Shown one piece after another: positions 60,219-64,000 of a stretch of DNA of 64,000 nt (its first letter is position 1; every line of letters begins with the position of its first letter). The position numbers were made by a program, and so were the translations under genes. The stretch is taken from contig OZ024743.1 in NCBI GenBank assembly GCA_964016885.1, forward strand, positions 15,686,001-15,750,000, read 5' to 3'. The notes under the pieces were generated by a model. That model ran no database searches and had not been told where the DNA came from. It saw only the letters and a program-made list of their open reading frames with translations. This DNA is from Eledone cirrhosa (lineage: Eukaryota).

Positions 60219-60219
<1 letters not shown>
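60020..60219 (+). mobile_element. Short RTE-tailed element with a ~60-nt nested insertion, (GAAAT)n tail
   Basis: Reverse complement of 55974-56090, plus the insert gggcggtgccccagcatggcc...gaaacaggtaaaagagtaaaagag at ~60080-60138. Confidence 0.65.
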
Positions 60220-60272
<53 letters not shown>

Positions 60273-60285
60273 TAAAATTTATTAT

Positions 60286-60358
<73 letters not shown>
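60219..60358. repeat. (TA)n and (GA)n microsatellites
   Basis: Direct reading. Confidence 0.9.
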
Positions 60359-60362
<4 letters not shown>

Positions 60363-62859
60363 GGGGGAGGTTTAACCAACAGGAATATGGAATGAAAAGA
60401 AAGTCAACTCAGCAGTTTACAACTGATGTATGAATGAGTGATTGAAGCTGAAGTTAGAATAAATAAATATTTCTTTCTGTACAGCAGAAGATTAACAACT
60501 ATAAATATTACTTCCCTTTGGAGCATAAATAATGTCAGAATTGAAGACTGGGTAATAAAAGCATGCACATGCATTTTCCAAGTTATATGGGCACGTGCAT
60601 TAGACAGTTTTACTAAAGCTAGTTTGGAAAGTAAGGAGGCACATTTTTTTTTTCTCTTTCAGCATGTCTTTCAAATGAATACTGGTTCCATTTACTTGGC
60701 ACTAAAATATTTTGGAATAATTAAATTCATTCACATTACTAAATTGATTTCATATAAAGCAAAAAGTTTAGAAACTGCAGCAACTCTTCAATACTAACAC
60801 AAATCAAACATGAACACACACACATGTACACAGCTGCCTTTGTTAATTGACATTGAAAAGTTGGTCCTGACAGATTTCACAAATTATTTCAGTCAAACAA
60901 AAAGGAAAAGAAGACAGATCCTTACAAAAAGAAAAGAATATAATGGTAAATAAATATACAACAAAATAAAAATCCTTTGATTTTCTTTTTTCTTTTTTTT
61001 AGCTTGTTCAGTACTTTTATTCTTCCTTTTGCACAGAGGGATGCCATATTAACATATTGACTTAATAGCTTCAAGCATCCATACTGAAGATTCTGCTCTC
61101 ATGTAATACATCATCAGGTAGGAGTAGCTGTTCTAAAAATTTGAATAGCAACTTGCTTCATGCCTGGAGTACCCTGATCTCATAATTTTGGTTATTATAC
61201 ATTGAGTTCACCAGCAGTAATGTGTCATATTCTTTTAAATCAACTGACAAAAATCCTCCAGTGTATTTTTTACCACAGCTTGTAGTTTCTTTTATGTTTT
61301 TTTTTTAAAGAATTTACTTTTATTATCAATAATGTCAAAATGCTTCTTCAAAAAACGTTATTCGATAAGGGAAATGTTTACCATTATCTGAATGGAGAGA
61401 TTAATGACACGTTTGCTCTTTAGATGAAATTAGTTTGAAACATATTGTATTGTATTCCCTTGCTCACCAACTTTCCAATGCAATCTCTAAAAGTTTACTC
61501 AAAGCTGCTCAATTAGTATAAAGGCTGAATGTTATAAAGTATTAATTGATAATCAGGATTTCAAAATAGAAAAAAGGCAAGATTTTAATTTTAAAATGTA
61601 GTCTTTATATGTGCTGACATTATTTTTAACATAATCACACTACAAAATACGTTTATTTATTCTTTTGTTTAACTTTCTTAAAGAAAAGTAATCATAAAAG
61701 GAAAATACAAATATATAATAAGATTCATGTTTTCATTATCATAACAAGCAATTTATTATATAGACCTGTTCAAGAATAAATAGACTTTAGATATTACAAT
61801 GTATAATTTGAAGATATTGTTCCTATGAAAACAAAGAATAAAATATGAAGTTCAAAACGAAAAATATAAAAGATAAATTTGAAGTAAATTGATCAACAAA
61901 CATATAATTGTTTTGACTTTTTTTTCTTTTGCTTGTTTAACTTAAGTATTTCAGATTTATCTGGTTGCAAACTCAAACACTTACACATCATATTATTGAC
62001 AAAGCCTCTTTATATTGATTTTGTTTCTAATTTTCTCTGTAGAGCTATCATGTTTTAGGAATTCCCACGATGGGCTTCTAGTTTACATATTGGTAAAAAG
62101 AGGGGCAATATTAGATAGGATGGCAATACATTAAAAATAATTATTCTCATAAGTGAGATTGATCAAGCAACCTAATCAGGTTTTAATACGTTATTCAAAA
62201 TATGAGTGAGGTAATGACTATAATCTTTGTGGGTCTTCTCAGATGTGTGAGATGAAGTTAATTGTTCAAAAAAGTAACAAATGGGCAGAGCAGGAAATCC
62301 AATTTCTATATGGTTATAATATCAATGAGGAAATGTTTGAATGCAGACAATATTTTTAGTTGTGAAATGATTATGCCATTTGAGCCAACAGAACAGATTT
62401 TATTTAATCACTGAAGCTGCTTCTAAAATATACCCTACTGTCATAAAAGGAAAATGAATAAGGATACATTTAATAAAGTAGTCCTGCATATAAAAAAGAG
62501 TGATTTGTCAACAATGGGACACCTTTGACCATATGTTTGCTAGACCTCAGTGGAGCTATATGAAACAACAATAACTATTTTCCATTAAATAATTATAATA
62601 GTGAAATAATCTGAGCAAGTGGAAGCTGTCTTCATAGTAAAACAGGAGTGACAGGCAACATGTGTCTAACATCTCATATTTGTCCAATATCCTACTAAAT
62701 CAAATATTTTTCTTTCTCAGTTTAATTTCTAATGACAAAGGAAAATAAATATTAAATTGATTATTATTACTATTATTTTTTTTTCTCTGAAATACCAGTA
62801 TACATTAAACCATTTAGCATTCTTTTACTAGTTTCTAACCAGCTCCAAAGCACAACAGC

Positions 62860-62912
62860 TTTAACCCATGCTAGCATGGGAAAAAGGATGTTAAACGGTG
62901 ATGATGATGATG
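62860..62912 (+). mobile_element. RTE/SINE-B 3' terminal fragment
   Basis: taacccatgctagcatggg...ggatgttaaacggtgatgatgat matches 59937-59991. Confidence 0.7.
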
Positions 62913-64000
62913 AATGATGCTAGTATTTTATTAAGATAAGGGAGGTTAATGTGCCTATAAGGGTACCTGTTATGCCAATGAAGGAGCCTTTGATACAGTT
63001 TGTAAAATATATCCAAATCCAAGCAACATCTTAAATATAGATGTATTTAAAATGATATACAAAGATATGGGTTGGTTATGGCTGAACTGCCTTTGATCAT
63101 ACTAAATCTGCTTTATTAGTGTTGAATTATTGCCAACCAAATGCAAACAAATTTTTGTTTCTTTGTCAGACAAAAATATCAATTATATGGACTACACTCA
63201 ACATGTGTCAAATCATTCACTTCAATGAAAGTCATAAATCTTTTTTTAAATGATGGATTAAGAATAGATTAAGGAACCTCATAATGTACATTTTAACTCC
63301 ATGAAAGGACCTTTGTTCAAAACTGTAAACTAAGGAAATATATCATTAATTACACACGTCCCTAGATGAACATTTACAGTGAATATCTATACTTCCCTTT
63401 TTCACCTATTTGCTGTTTGAAGTTAGATGTCTGTTGAGAAAACAATGTGGATATTTCTTCTTGCTTGCTCGAACTGTTAGAAATAGCAGTCTGTTCTTCT
63501 GAAGGTGTTGCTTGTTTTTGTTATCTATCTATATTGTATCCAGTACTCTGTTACCTGATGTGTCCTTCTTTTAAGATATTAGTGTATGATTTAATGGATA
63601 TTTTTCTGTTGCATTAAGTGACCACAGGGAGGCTCACTTGCTAAAATGCACTTTGTGTCTGACATGATAATATTAAGGCAACGTTTCTTGCTTTTATGAA
63701 GATGGAGCAAGTAGTGTATTATTCCATCCAATCCCTTCTGGTTAATGTGCCTCTCATCTTCACATCATACCAACACACTCTCTCTTAATAACCCTTTACA
63801 GTAAACACTTTTCTGAAACCATTTATACACAGAACTCACTATAATCGCTCTTGGTCCACATTGCTGTTTAGCCACAACTCTCAATGGGCAAAAGGATGAT
63901 GAAAGGCATTCTAAATTTAAAAATCAATACAAGTTTGTTTAAGCAGATGTAGGACTTGGTTAGATAATTAGTACTTTCTGTTTATAATATAGAAAGGTAT

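Noticed and set aside
60438-61260. Possible exons near 60485 and 61037, and the 119-aa ORF
   Set aside because: The 61037 candidate has stops in all frames, and neither shows recognisable homology.

Overview
AT-rich animal genomic DNA, most likely octopus/cephalopod (inferred from the SINE, RTE and microsatellite repertoire). It is dominated by non-LTR retrotransposons, and no complete host gene is visible (one candidate 55-nt exon at 5653-5707, minus strand). Main contents: (i) a ~21-kb head-to-tail array of four minus-strand Tx1/L1-clade LINEs (6832-28012), each separated by an (AAT)n tract; (ii) a pair of related Tx1 LINEs in a (GA)n/(GATA)n tract (42055-48725); (iii) Dong/R4-type restriction-like-endonuclease LINEs in (TAA)n tracts, one near full length (36754-41650); (iv) RTE LINEs with a PHD-like finger inside the RT region; (v) a Penelope-like element with a fold-back 5' inversion centred on (TA)n and a hammerhead-like motif; (vi) two tRNA-derived SINE families and a mariner-type MITE. 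The most notable signal is in the Tx1 copies. In all four copies that keep the ORF1/ORF2 junction, the ORF1 stop codon lies inside a 5' splice-site consensus. In three of them, removing a 50-53-nt GT..AG segment fuses ORF1 in frame to ORF2. The same junction marks where different 5'UTR/ORF1 modules join near-identical ORF2 modules. Coordinates of degraded elements are approximate, and all similarity statements come from reading by eye, not database searches.
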